64,000 nucleotides of DNA from positions 9,743-73,742 of the forward strand of contig JBLMWD010000027.1 in the NCBI GenBank assembly GCA_050257045.1, in the 5' to 3' direction. Below are positions 55,371 through 64,000 of this stretch, in pieces (the first letter of the stretch is position 1; every line of letters starts with the position of its first letter). This DNA is from Bacteroidota bacterium (GTDB lineage: Bacteria > Eisenbacteria > RBG-16-71-46 > SZUA-252). The position numbers and the translations under genes are program-made. Under the pieces are notes generated by a model. That model was not told the origin of the DNA, searched no databases, and saw nothing but the letters and a program-made list of their open reading frames with translations.

Positions 55371-56933
55371 CTAGGGCTGTCCGTTGCTCTGTTGCAGCCC
55401 CGGGGCAGGCGCCTGGGACACTTCGGCCGCGTGGGTGAACCAGCGCGCCGCCGCGTCGCGGACGTCCTCCGGCTTCAGCTTGAGGAGCGCGGTCTCGAAC
55501 GTGCGCGGGAAGTCGACCGTGACCCCCTGGACCTCCCAGCGGGAGAGGTTGCGCGCCCGGATGACCGGCTCGTACTGGTTGCTGAAGAAACCGTTCTGAA
55601 CGCGCTTGAGCTGGACGCCCCATTCGCCCTTGTCGAGCGGCTCGGTCTTCAACCGATCGAGCACGGCGATGACGGTGTCGCGCGCCGCGGCGTAGTTCTC
55701 GGGCTTGGCCGCGAGGTGGACGGCCATCGTGGAGCGGTGCGGATAGCTCGGGTACATGATCCCCACGCCGACCACCTGCTCCCGCTCCGGCATCCAGAAC
55801 GTGATCGGAGAGCGATCGCCCGAGCGGAGGTAGGAGTCGAGGACCATGAAGGCCGGATAATCGGGGTCGGCGTAGCCGGGCGCCGCGTAGCCGTAGACGA
55901 GCGCGCGCCCCAGGATCTGCTTGTACGTGGTCACCACCGTGTCCGCGGGGAGCGGCTTGGGCATATCGGGCAGCGCCTTGGGAGGGGCGCCCGCCGGCAC
56001 GGCCGAGAAGAGCTTCTCGAGCTGCGACATCGTCTTCTTGCCGTCCACGTTCCCCACCACCGCGACCACCATGTTCCCGCCGACAAAGAGCTGCTTGTAG
56101 AGCGCGAGGATGTCCGAGCGCCGCGCGTCCGAGAGCGACTGCACGGTGCCGTGCGGCGGCCGGGCGAGCGGGGTGCCGCGATACATCGTCTTGAGGAAGG
56201 TCGCGTACGACTCCTGGAGCGGGCCTTCGACGTCCTCGGAAGCTTTCGCCAGGAAGTAGCTCCGCGCCTTCTCCACCGTCGACTCAGGGAAGGCCGGCTG
56301 CAGGACGATCTGCGCGAGGAGATCGAGCGACCCCGGCACGTTCTCGCGAATCGTCTGGAAGCCGATCTGTCCGTAGTCGACGCTCGAGCCGCTCTCCAGC
56401 TTGGTCTTGTTCGCGAGGAGCCGCACCTGGAGCTCGGTCGGCGGGAGCTTCTGGGTCGCCGCCGTGATCGAGGCCATGAGCACCTGGCTCAGCCCCGAGT
56501 TCCGCTCGTTCTCGTAGAGCGTCCCCATCCGGAGCGCCACCATTCCCGCGGCCGCGGCGTTCGTGCGCTCTTCCTGGACGATGAGCTGGACCCCGTTCTT
56601 CAGCGTCTTCCGCATGAGCGGGAGGCCCGGATCGTAGACCGGGATGCGCGGCCGCTCCGGAAGGACCGGCATGACGCGCTCATGGAATTCCTCGACGGGC
56701 TGCGTGGAGTCGGAGGCGGCGGCGGTGGAATCGGCCGGCGCGGCCTCGGGCTGGGCGGCTTGCGCCTGGGAGGCCTCGGGCTGCGTGGAGGTACCCGGAG
56801 CGGCCTGCCCCGTGCCGTTCTGGGCGCGGGCCCCCGTCGCGGCCGATACGACCAGGACGGCGAGCGCGGCCAGAATGAGCAGCGCGAACGCCGAAACTCG
56901 TTTGGGAGCAATGAGATTCGTCATGGCAGGCAT
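55371..56933 (-). CDS. Secreted M16-family (insulinase-like) peptidase homologue
   Basis: Signal peptide MPAMTNLIAPKRVSAFALLILAALAVLVVSAATGARA followed by M16 N/C-domain architecture. An alternative start lies 9 nt downstream. Confidence 0.7.
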   Translation of the reverse strand: MPAMTNLIAPKRVSAFALLILAALAVLVVSAATGARAQNGTGQAAPGTSTQPEASQAQAAQPEAAPADSTAAASDSTQPVEEFHERVMPVLPERPRIPVYDPGLPLMRKTLKNGVQLIVQEERTNAAAAGMVALRMGTLYENERNSGLSQVLMASITAATQKLPPTELQVRLLANKTKLESGSSVDYGQIGFQTIRENVPGSLDLLAQIVLQPAFPESTVEKARSYFLAKASEDVEGPLQESYATFLKTMYRGTPLARPPHGTVQSLSDARRSDILALYKQLFVGGNMVVAVVGNVDGKKTMSQLEKLFSAVPAGAPPKALPDMPKPLPADTVVTTYKQILGRALVYGYAAPGYADPDYPAFMVLDSYLRSGDRSPITFWMPEREQVVGVGIMYPSYPHRSTMAVHLAAKPENYAAARDTVIAVLDRLKTEPLDKGEWGVQLKRVQNGFFSNQYEPVIRARNLSRWEVQGVTVDFPRTFETALLKLKPEDVRDAAARWFTHAAEVSQAPAPGLQQSNGQP

Positions 56934-57099
56934 TTTCCGGAGGTTAGCAGATCGGCGGCGCGCCGTCAACGCGGCGGGCGGGATGCACGCCGTCTGAAAG
57001 ATGCAAACCCCGGCCGGAGATACCTTTCGCCCGTTAAGTTCGCCGGCCGCGGGGCCGATCGATTCGATGAGGCCGGGGGGCCTTCGAATCGAGGACCGC

Positions 57100-57576
57100 A
57101 TGGCAAAATCCGAGTCCATCGGCGCGCGTCACCGTCGCGGAAACCGAGCCCTCGCGCTCGCGGCGACCCTGGGGCTCCTGATCGCCCTGCCGCGGGCCGT
57201 CCCGGCCGCGACGTCGCCGCAGGGGGGCATCCCGAAGGTCGCGCTCGAGGATTTCCGCGGTCTCTGCGCCGATCTCGCCGCCGCGCGCGAGCAGCTCGCG
57301 GCCGGCCGGCTCGACGAATCCGCTTTCGCCGACACTCTGCTCTCGCTCTTCGCCCGGGCCGACAGCCTCGCGCAGTGGCTCGGCGCGCGGGCCCACGGGA
57401 ATCCGAACTGGATCCCGCTCCAGCAAGGGACCCGATACCTGATCGCCTCGCTCCGCGAGAACTGGGTCGGGATCGCGGCGAAGAACGGGATGAGCTTTGC
57501 GGAGGCGGACACCGCCTTGAAAGCGGCGCTGGCGTGGCGGAGCGATGTCGTGTCGGCGGAGGCGGTCTCGCCCTAA
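57100..57576 (+). CDS. Small secreted hypothetical protein (158 aa)
   Basis: GAGGA SD 5 nt upstream. Signal peptide MAKSESIGARHRRGNRALALAATLGLLIALPRAVPA. GC3 bias is strong in this frame. The track ORF 57001..57576 is trimmed. Confidence 0.6.
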   Translation: MAKSESIGARHRRGNRALALAATLGLLIALPRAVPAATSPQGGIPKVALEDFRGLCADLAAAREQLAAGRLDESAFADTLLSLFARADSLAQWLGARAHGNPNWIPLQQGTRYLIASLRENWVGIAAKNGMSFAEADTALKAALAWRSDVVSAEAVSP

Positions 57577-57726
57577 CGCGCTTTGTTGCCGGGCCCAGCC
57601 CAGGGCCGCACTTGCACTGCCCGCTCCACCCGCGTGTCCCGTACGACCGCCAGCTTCCCCTCGAGCCATCCCCCCGCGCAGCGACCGCAGCCCATCCGCC
57701 GTCATGGCTCGGTCCACCCTGACCCT

Positions 57727-58686
57727 TTACGGCCTCGGTCCCCAGTTCGGTGTCATGTCCGCGGCCGTGCCCGCGAGGAAGAGCTGGGGATCGCCCGGCG
57801 TCGGGGTCGCTGTGTACAGATCGCCGCTCAAGCCCGAGAGGTGGGCCGAGAATACGATCGCCGCGCCGTCCGGAGACCATGACGGCGCGCTGAGGCCCTC
57901 GAGATCTGGATTCCCGCGCGCCGCGACCACGCGGCTCGCTCCGTCTTCATCGCAGATCTCGATCGAGAATCCGCGGGAGAAGTCCCAGTAATCGAAAACG
58001 ATATGCGATCCGTCGGGAGAGTAATCAGCGCCGATGAAATCCAGAGCAAGTACGAGCAGCGTCCGGACCGTAGTGCCGTCGGGGGTGACGTCCCTGAGGG
58101 TATCGATCGGGAAGGCGTAGGACGCATCGGGCGCGCGACGGCTCACGTACAGGATGCGTGAGCCATCCGGGGACCATGCGAAGGCGTGCGAAACGCCATT
58201 CGACGTGAGCGCCAGGAGCGAGTCGCCCGTGGCCAGGATGGTGTAGACGTTCGCGGCGCCGGTCGCGTACGAGGTCCCGGTGAACACGATCCGCTTGCCA
58301 TCGGGAGACCAGTGTGGCTGGGATGCTCCGAACTGCGCGTTGGCGCCGCATAGGACGCGATTCGTGCCGTCGACGGCCATCGTCATCAGGCGATTGACCG
58401 CGCCGACTGGGGTGGCGAAGGCGATGCGCCGGCCGTCGGGTGAAATGGCCGGGTCTGCGTCGTAGACTCCCGGCGGTGTGAGGCCGACGACGTTTCGGGT
58501 GGACGGGTCGAGAAGGTAGATGCCCTGGGTTCCGCTGCGGTCGCTGATGAAGGCAATCCGTGGGGATGTCAGCTGGGGCGGTGGAGGTGGCCCGGTGACC
58601 CGGTCCTTACCACATCCGATGACGAGCCAGAGAACGAGCCCGAGAACGGCCCATCCCGTGCGCCAGGGGATTGGCACATGTCGCAT
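57727..58686 (-). CDS. TolB-like beta-propeller lipoprotein (WD40-like/PD40 repeats)
   Basis: Lipobox LVIGCGKD; repeated SPDG..I.F motifs (AISPDGRRIAFAT, WSPDGKRIVFTG, WSPDGSRILYVS, YSPDGSHIVFDY, WSPDGAAIVFSA). A GAGGAGG RBS precedes the ATG at ~58686. Confidence 0.75.
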   Translation of the reverse strand: MRHVPIPWRTGWAVLGLVLWLVIGCGKDRVTGPPPPPQLTSPRIAFISDRSGTQGIYLLDPSTRNVVGLTPPGVYDADPAISPDGRRIAFATPVGAVNRLMTMAVDGTNRVLCGANAQFGASQPHWSPDGKRIVFTGTSYATGAANVYTILATGDSLLALTSNGVSHAFAWSPDGSRILYVSRRAPDASYAFPIDTLRDVTPDGTTVRTLLVLALDFIGADYSPDGSHIVFDYWDFSRGFSIEICDEDGASRVVAARGNPDLEGLSAPSWSPDGAAIVFSAHLSGLSGDLYTATPTPGDPQLFLAGTAADMTPNWGPRP

Positions 58687-58717
58687 ACGATCCTCCTCTG
58701 AGGATCCGGCGACCTCG

Positions 58718-58746
58718 ATCTTAGTCTCGGGCGAACTCCTGTCAAC
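58718..58746 (-). promoter_or_regulatory. Putative sigma70-like promoter for the TolB-like lipoprotein gene
   Basis: Minus strand: TTGACA, a 16-nt spacer, TAAGAT, ~25 nt, then GAGGAGG-ATG. Confidence 0.35.
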
Positions 58747-58823
58747 GATCCTATGGATCGGCGGAGCAGAGGCCCTTTTCACTCAAGTTGGACGCGCTCG
58801 CGCCGATTTCGTGAAGATGAGAA

Positions 58824-58856
58824 CCCGCCCCCACCGGGCGATCCCGGCGGGGGCAG
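58824..58856 (-). terminator. Hairpin terminator downstream of tRNA-Ala
   Basis: Minus strand CCCCCGCCGGG-atcg-CCCGGTGGGGG forms an 11-bp stem (one G-U), followed by GUUCUCAUCUUC. Confidence 0.4.
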
Positions 58857-58895
58857 GTTGCTTCGTTCAAGTCGTGTGGTTCACTTCAGGAAAGA

Positions 58896-58971
58896 TGGTG
58901 GAGCTGGCGGGGTTCGAACCCGCTACCTCTTGACTGCCAGTCAAGCGCTCTCCCAACTGAGCTACAGCCCC
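58896..58971 (-). tRNA. tRNA-Ala (anticodon GGC)
   Basis: GGGGCTGTAGCTCAGTTGGGAGAGCGCTTGACTGGCAGTCAAGAGGTAGCGGGTTCGAACCCCGCCAGCTCCACCA has the G3:U70 Ala identity pair, anticodon loop CTGGCAG, and an encoded CCA. Confidence 0.85.
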
Positions 58972-59055
58972 ACACTTGTCGCAGCGGAACGAGATTACCC
59001 TCGGCTTCGGAGCTACGTCAACGACCATGGACGGCCAATCCGGTATCATCCGCCA

Positions 59056-60498
59056 GTGACCGCCCCCATCGAGCGCCCCCTGTCCGGCCACCGTTACCAC
59101 TTCAGCGGCGTGGGCGGAAGCGGGATGGCTCCGCTCGCGATCCTCGCGGTCTCGCTAGGCGCGGACGTGACCGGCTCCGACCGGAACCATGACCGCGGCA
59201 CGGCGCTCCACGTCTTCGACGATCTCCGGCGCGCAGGCGTGCACCTCCTTCCCCAGGACGGCTCCGGCGTGACGGAAGCCCTGACCGCGCTCGTCCACTC
59301 GACCGCCGTCGAGACCACGAATCCGGATTTCGCGCGCGCGACGGCGCTCGGCATCACGCGGATCCGGCGCGGCTCGTTCCTCGCCCGGCTCGCCGCCTCG
59401 CGCCGCACGGTCGCCATCGCCGGGACGAGCGGCAAGTCGACCGTGACCGCGATGACGGCGCACATCCTCCTGGCCGCGGGCTACGACCCGTCGTTCCTCG
59501 GCGGAGGCGCCGCGGTGAACCTTCCGGGCGCGATCCCGCCCGGAAGCCTCCGCGTGGGCGGCGGCGACTGGTTCGTGGTCGAGACCGACGAGAGCGACGG
59601 CAGTGTCGCCGAGTTCGCCCCCGCGATCGCGGTGCTCACGAACCTGAGCCGCGACCACAAGGAGATCGAGGAGACGGCTCGGAACTTCGAGTCGCTCCTC
59701 GCCGCGACGCGCGAGCGCGCCGTGATCCACGTGAGCGACCCCGCGCTCGAGCGCGTGCGCGTTCCGGCGGGTCTCGACGTTTTGCGGGTCGCGATGCCGG
59801 GCGCGACGTGGGCCGAACCCGACCTTCGGGTCGAGCGGATCGCGCTCCACACCGACCGCGTCGAGTTCGCGGTGGGCGGCGTCGGAGCCCGCGTCCCCTT
59901 CCCCGGCCTTCTCACCGTGGAGAACGCCCTCCTCGCGATCGGCGCCGCGGTGGCGTCGGGGCTCGCGTTGGCGGCCGCGGCCGCGGCCCTCGCGACGTTC
60001 GCCGGCGTACGCCGGAGACTCGAACGGATCGGCGCGCACGCGGGCGTCGACGTCTTCGACGATTTCGCGCACAACCCGGTGAAGATTCGCGCCGCTCTCG
60101 AGGCGCTCCGCCCCGCGGGAGCGATCCGCGTCTACTACCAGCCGCACGGCTATGGCCCGACTCGATTCTTCGCCTCGGAGCTGACCGAAGCCTTCCGCGA
60201 GAGGCTCCGTCCCGGCGACCGGCTCTTCCTCGCTCCGATCTACGACGCGGGCGGCACCGCCGACCGTTCGATCCGTTCGGAAGACCTCGTCCGCTCGATG
60301 CGCGAGCGCGGAATCCCGGTCGAGCTCGCGCCGACCCGGGAGGCGGCGTCGCGTGCCCTGATCGAGGGTATCCGGCACGGCGACCGCATCCTCGTCATGG
60401 GCGCGCGCGACGACACGCTCCCGGTCTTCGCGCGATCGCTCCTCGCCGCGCTAGTCACCCGCGACGAATCGCCGGCGGCACAGCGCGAGCGCGCCTAG
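59056..60498 (+). CDS. Mur ligase family protein (MurC / Mpl-like UDP-N-acetylmuramate:peptide ligase)
   Basis: YHFSGVGGSGMAPLA (MurC/Mpl N-terminal motif), AIAGTSGKSTVTAM (ATP-binding P-loop), DDFAHNP. The start is set at the in-frame GTG ~59056 because the upstream part of the track ORF overlaps tRNA-Ala. The ATG near 59027 is out of frame. Confidence 0.7.
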   Translation: MTAPIERPLSGHRYHFSGVGGSGMAPLAILAVSLGADVTGSDRNHDRGTALHVFDDLRRAGVHLLPQDGSGVTEALTALVHSTAVETTNPDFARATALGITRIRRGSFLARLAASRRTVAIAGTSGKSTVTAMTAHILLAAGYDPSFLGGGAAVNLPGAIPPGSLRVGGGDWFVVETDESDGSVAEFAPAIAVLTNLSRDHKEIEETARNFESLLAATRERAVIHVSDPALERVRVPAGLDVLRVAMPGATWAEPDLRVERIALHTDRVEFAVGGVGARVPFPGLLTVENALLAIGAAVASGLALAAAAAALATFAGVRRRLERIGAHAGVDVFDDFAHNPVKIRAALEALRPAGAIRVYYQPHGYGPTRFFASELTEAFRERLRPGDRLFLAPIYDAGGTADRSIRSEDLVRSMRERGIPVELAPTREAASRALIEGIRHGDRILVMGARDDTLPVFARSLLAALVTRDESPAAQRERA

Positions 60499-61305
60499 CC
60501 CCGCGAGCCAGAGCGAGCTCCCGCCAGGCTCCGGCAGCGAGGCCGTCGGTGGCGGCGGCGGCACGACCGTCCCCGGCTCCGAGAAGGTCCCCGTCCACGC
60601 CCCGCACGTGATCGTGACTCCCCCGAACGTGAACGTCGGGAGGTCGAAGCCGAACGCGAGCCGCGCGCCCGCCAGGCTCCGGCGGAACGCCGTGATGCGG
60701 ATGAAATCTGGGATGTCGATCCACTGCCCCGGCTGGAGACGGACGCCGGCGAGGTAGGCGGCGAGATCGGAGCCCGAGGCGCCCGTGAGGGCGATCCAGT
60801 TGTCGGCGACGCCCGTCGCCGCTCCGCCTCCGCCGCCGTTCGATCCCACCACGGGCGACGAGTAGGCGAAGAGCGAGTCGGTGAGATCGATCACCGTGCG
60901 ACTGATCGCGCCGTCCACCCCCGTCGCACCCGGCTTCGCCGCGCCGCCGGCCGCGACGTTCAGCTTCGACGCGTACCCGTCCACGCCGTTCACCCCCGTG
61001 AGCGCCGACACGCCCGGGAGCGCGTCCGGAAAGGCGAGCTCCTGGTCGGAGGTGTTCTGCAAGCGGACCGTGAGACCGAGATAGGAATCTGGTGCGACGC
61101 TCGGATCGAAGAGGAGCGGCGACCCGAGCTGGGTGAGTGTGCTGCCGCTGAGCGATTCTTGAAGCAGGGGGTCCGCGATCGTGGTCGATCCGTCCACGGC
61201 GGTCGCGCCGCCGACGAGGGTGAGCGAGATCAACCCGGCCGCGGCGGATCCAGGTCCGAGCAAGAGAGAAACGATTAGCCAAATGAACAGAACGGTACGG
61301 GACAC
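60451..61305 (-). CDS. PEP-CTERM sorting-domain protein (putative exosortase substrate), secreted
   Basis: GGAGG SD then GTG ~61305. Signal peptide VSRTVLFIWLIVSLLLGPGSAAAG. Gly/Ser/Thr-rich body. The C-terminus LPEPGGSSLWLAGLGALALCRRRFVAGD* has a PEP motif, a hydrophobic helix and an Arg cluster. The track ORF is trimmed. Confidence 0.65.
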   Translation of the reverse strand: MSRTVLFIWLIVSLLLGPGSAAAGLISLTLVGGATAVDGSTTIADPLLQESLSGSTLTQLGSPLLFDPSVAPDSYLGLTVRLQNTSDQELAFPDALPGVSALTGVNGVDGYASKLNVAAGGAAKPGATGVDGAISRTVIDLTDSLFAYSSPVVGSNGGGGGAATGVADNWIALTGASGSDLAAYLAGVRLQPGQWIDIPDFIRITAFRRSLAGARLAFGFDLPTFTFGGVTITCGAWTGTFSEPGTVVPPPPPTASLPEPGGSSLWLAGLGALALCRRRFVAGD

Positions 61306-61426
61306 GGCGCGCCTCCATCGCAGGGGTGGTATCGGGGACGAAGACGCACTTGCGAGAGCTATGCCGGGGCTGTCAGGCCCCGGAAACGAGGCACCCCCAC
61401 TGCAGGCGAGCGCGCGCCGGTACACG

Positions 61427-61465
61427 GAAAACAGCCCCGAGCCTGATCCGCTCGGGGCTGTTTGA
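61427..61465. terminator. Strong bidirectional intrinsic terminator
   Basis: Perfect 14-bp inverted repeat AAACAGCCCCGAGC-ctgatcc-GCTCGGGGCTGTTT with U-rich flanks on both strands (plus: UUUGAUUCUC; minus: UGUUUUCC). Confidence 0.5.
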
Positions 61466-61553
61466 TTCTCTGCCCGTCGCCGCCACCCGGCGACAGGACC
61501 GTCAACGGCGGTTGGCGCGAACCGCTGATTACGCGGGGCGCTCCGCGCCCCGT

Positions 61554-63104
61554 TTAGCCAACCAGCTCCGTGATCGCCTTCCCCTGCAGGAACAGCCCCA
61601 GGTAGTCGCGACCGCCCGCCTTCGAATCGGTCCCGCTCATGTTGAACCCGCCGAAGGGGTGGACGCCGACGAGCGCGCCGGTGCACTTCCGGTTGATGTA
61701 GAGGTTCCCGACGTGGAGCCGTCGCTTCGCCTCGACGATCCGGGCCCGGTCCCGCGAGTAGTAGGCGCCGGTCAGCCCGTAGATCGTTCCATTGGCGATC
61801 GCGATCTCCTCTTCGAACGACGCGGCCGGGATGACGGCGAGCACCGGCCCGAAGATCTCCTCCTGCGCGATCCGCGCGTCGGGGCGCACGTCGGTGTAGA
61901 CGGTCGGCTGGACGAAGTAGCCGGGACCGGAGTGCTTCCCGCCGCCGGCGAGCGTCTTCCCTTCCTTCTTCCCCACCTCGCAGTACTCGAGGATCGTCTT
62001 TTCGGCGCGCGCGCTCACGACCGGCCCGAGATAGTTCTCCCGCTTGTCGGTCGGCCCGACCTTCATCGCGTCAACGCGCGCCTTGAGCCGCTGGTTGAAG
62101 TCGTCGTAGAGCGACCGGTGCACGATGGCGCGCGAGCAGGCGGAGCACTTCTGCCCCTGGAAGCCGAACGCCCCGGCGAAGACGCCGGCCGCGGCGGCCT
62201 CCACGTCCGCGCCCTCGTCGACGATCGTGAAGTCCTTCCCGCCCATCTCGAGGACCATCCGCTTGAGCCAGATCTGGCCCTGCGGCACGCGCGCCGCGCG
62301 CTCGTGGATCCGGATCCCGACCTCCTTGGAGCCGGTGAAGGCGACGAAGCGAACCTTCGGATGCTCCACGAGGGCATCCCCCATCGCGCCGCCCGGCCCC
62401 GGCAGGAAGTTCACGACTCCGGGAGGGACGCCCGCCTCTTCCAGGACTTCGAACAGTTTCCAGGCAATGAACGGCGCGTCGCTCGAGGGCTTGAGCACGA
62501 CGGTGTTGCCGGTCACCACGGCGGCGACCGTCATCCCGGTCGTGATCGCGAGCGGGAAGTTCCAGGGCGGGATCACCGCGCCCACGCCAAGCGGGATGTA
62601 GCGGTACTCGTTCGCCTCGCCCGGATAGGGCGTGATCGGCTGCGGGCCGCCCCATCGCAGCATCTCGCGCGCGTAGAACTCGCAGAAGTCGATCGCTTCG
62701 GCGGTGTCTCCGTCCGCCTCCGCCCAGTTCTTCCCGACCTCGTAGATCATCGACGCCGAGAGCTCGTTGCGGCGGCGGCGCATGATGCCGGCGACCCGCA
62801 TCAGCACGTTCGCGCGCTCCTCGTGCGGCACCCAGCGCCAGGACTCGAACGCGCGAGCGGCGGCCTCGACGGCCTGGTTCACGTGGTCGGGAGTGGCCTT
62901 GGCGAAGTTCCCCACGCACTGCGTGGGATCGGCGGGATTGACGCTCTGGAAGGTATCGTCGGTCTCGATGCGCCGGCCGCCGATCACGAGGGGGTGCTTG
63001 CGCCCCAGCTGGCCGCGGATGGTCTCGAGGCCGCACTGCATGCCCTTCTCGTTCTCGGGGCGCGAGAAGTCGAGGAGCGCCGCGTTCTGAAATTCCGGAA
63101 GCAT
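61554..63104 (-). CDS. rocA: L-glutamate gamma-semialdehyde (1-pyrroline-5-carboxylate) dehydrogenase
   Basis: MLPEFQNAALLDFSRPENEK is the typical P5CDH N-terminus. Aldehyde dehydrogenase motifs LEMGGKDF and catalytic Cys FQGQKCSACSR. Confidence 0.9.
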   Translation of the reverse strand: MLPEFQNAALLDFSRPENEKGMQCGLETIRGQLGRKHPLVIGGRRIETDDTFQSVNPADPTQCVGNFAKATPDHVNQAVEAAARAFESWRWVPHEERANVLMRVAGIMRRRRNELSASMIYEVGKNWAEADGDTAEAIDFCEFYAREMLRWGGPQPITPYPGEANEYRYIPLGVGAVIPPWNFPLAITTGMTVAAVVTGNTVVLKPSSDAPFIAWKLFEVLEEAGVPPGVVNFLPGPGGAMGDALVEHPKVRFVAFTGSKEVGIRIHERAARVPQGQIWLKRMVLEMGGKDFTIVDEGADVEAAAAGVFAGAFGFQGQKCSACSRAIVHRSLYDDFNQRLKARVDAMKVGPTDKRENYLGPVVSARAEKTILEYCEVGKKEGKTLAGGGKHSGPGYFVQPTVYTDVRPDARIAQEEIFGPVLAVIPAASFEEEIAIANGTIYGLTGAYYSRDRARIVEAKRRLHVGNLYINRKCTGALVGVHPFGGFNMSGTDSKAGGRDYLGLFLQGKAITELVG

Positions 63105-63149
63105 GACAACTCCTTACGTGTGAAGTGGAAGGCGGGTATACTCCGCGCG

Positions 63150-63902
63150 CCCATGATATCCGCTCTCGCCACGGCTGTCATCCCGGCCCTCCTGTTGCCG
63201 TGGGCGCTCCTCCCGCTGCGGATCCCGCTCCTCTTCACGCTCCTTCCGACGATTCCGGTGGCCGTGGTCTACGCGCGCGCGGTCGCGCGGCGCGAGACGA
63301 CCCGCGCCTTCGTGGTCGCGCTGGCCTGGGCGGTCGCCTGGAGCGTCGCGACGATCGCGGCGGTGTCGCTCCGCCCCGACGCGCCGATCAAGGGGGTCTG
63401 GCACGCGGGAGCCTACCGCGAGGAGATGGTGCGTTGGATCGCGACCGGGGCGGGACCGGAGGGAAACATCGCCCTCTTCCTCCCGCGCCTCCTCCTCGAG
63501 CTGGCGATCGTGCTCGTCCTCTCCGCCGCGACGGCGGGGACGGCGGGGCTCCTCCTCGGCGCGGTCCTCCTCGGCTACATGAACAGCTATGTGGGGTGGG
63601 TCGCGGCGAGCGCCGACAAGCACGTGGGGCCGGTCGCCGCTTCGCTGATCGCCTGGCCGCCGTGGGCCGCGGCGCGGGTGGTGGGCTTCATCGCGGCCGC
63701 GACCGCGGCCGCGCTCTGGGGCTATCCGCGGTTCGTGCGGCGGGGGGCGCCGCGTTCACGCCTCGGAGGCTTCGTGGTCGCCGCCGTGCTCCTGCTCGCC
63801 CTCGATGTCTTCCTCAAGTGGTGGCTCGCGCCCCTCTGGCGCGAGTGGCTGCGGACGATCCTCGGGGCGAGCGCCGGAATCGAAGCGGGCGGGAGCGCAT
63901 GA
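63150..63902 (+). CDS. Hypothetical polytopic membrane protein (250 aa)
   Basis: The last part of track ORF 61326..63902, starting at the internal ATG (MISALATAVIPALLLPWALL...). GC3 bias is very strong in this frame, versus weak bias in the overlapping 63125..63964 frame. Several hydrophobic helices. Confidence 0.55.
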   Translation, partial: PMISALATAVIPALLLPWALLPLRIPLLFTLLPTIPVAVVYARAVARRETTRAFVVALAWAVAWSVATIAAVSLRPDAPIKGVWHAGAYREEMVRWIATGAGPEGNIALFLPRLLLELAIVLVLSAATAGTAGLLLGAVLLGYMNSYVGWVAASADKHVGPVAASLIAWPPWAAARVVGFIAAATAAALWGYPRFVRRGAPRSRLGGFVVAAVLLLALDVFLKWWLAPLWREWLRTILGASAGIEAGGSA

Positions 63903-64000
63903 CGCGGGCGCGTCCGGCTCCCACCCTGGGCCGCGGGTCGCGGCCCTGTTCGGGTCCTACTTGAGGATCGTCACCGCGGTCACGTCGGTCTGCTCCGCCG

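Noticed and set aside
54624-57722. 1032-aa plus-strand ORF
   Set aside because: It is antisense to the M50 and M16 peptidase genes and Arg-rich. Only the 57100..57576 segment in a different frame is supported as a real plus-strand gene.
58867-59100. 77-aa minus-strand ORF
   Set aside because: It lies across the tRNA-Ala gene and is therefore not a CDS.
61326-63149. Upstream 608 codons of the 858-aa plus-strand ORF 61326..63902
   Set aside because: They are antisense to the P5C dehydrogenase gene, with low-complexity translation. Only the terminal 250 codons from the internal ATG (~63150) show codon bias and membrane-protein character.
63125-63964. 279-aa plus-strand ORF MEGGYTPRAHDIRSRHG...
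   Set aside because: It is an Arg/Gly-rich alternative frame of the 63150..63902 membrane protein and has a much weaker GC3 bias.

Overview
This is a very GC-rich (~70%) bacterial chromosomal segment. Almost every gene is on the minus strand in one long co-directional array, with many 4-nt ATGA/GTGA start/stop overlaps. Two sorting signals are present: a T9SS-type C-terminal domain on a subtilase and a PEP-CTERM protein. The housekeeping content, high to low coordinate, is: P5C dehydrogenase, a Mur ligase, tRNA-Ala, M16/M50 peptidases, trpS, scpA/scpB, a pseudouridine synthase, pheA-hisC-tyrA-aroA, a cmk-plsC in-frame fusion, ispH, rpsA, mtaB, lapA/lapB, mutS, pepP, mutL, miaA, tRNA-Gly, der, plsY-gpsA, tRNA-Pro x2, surE-pcm, a sigma-70 factor, a TetR-controlled TolC/HlyD/ABC-2 efflux operon with a triheme cytochrome c, and a tight icd-like/HMG-CoA-lyase-like/CoA-transferase/leuC/leuD operon. 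The most interesting locus is at the left edge. An ORF missing from the six-frame track encodes a 44-aa peptide with a perfect Shine-Dalgarno site, a sigma70-like promoter, very high GC3 and its own intrinsic terminator. Its leader (KKLVLAKETVMRL...PGG) and its Thr/Cys-rich core ending in GCC mark it as a candidate RiPP (lanthipeptide-like) precursor. It is divergently transcribed from a partial LanC-like cyclase gene and abuts a secreted S8 subtilase. No CRISPR arrays, rRNA genes or obvious mobile elements were seen. Hand-derived coordinates may be off by 1-2 nt; CDS coordinates are anchored to the supplied ORF track where possible.
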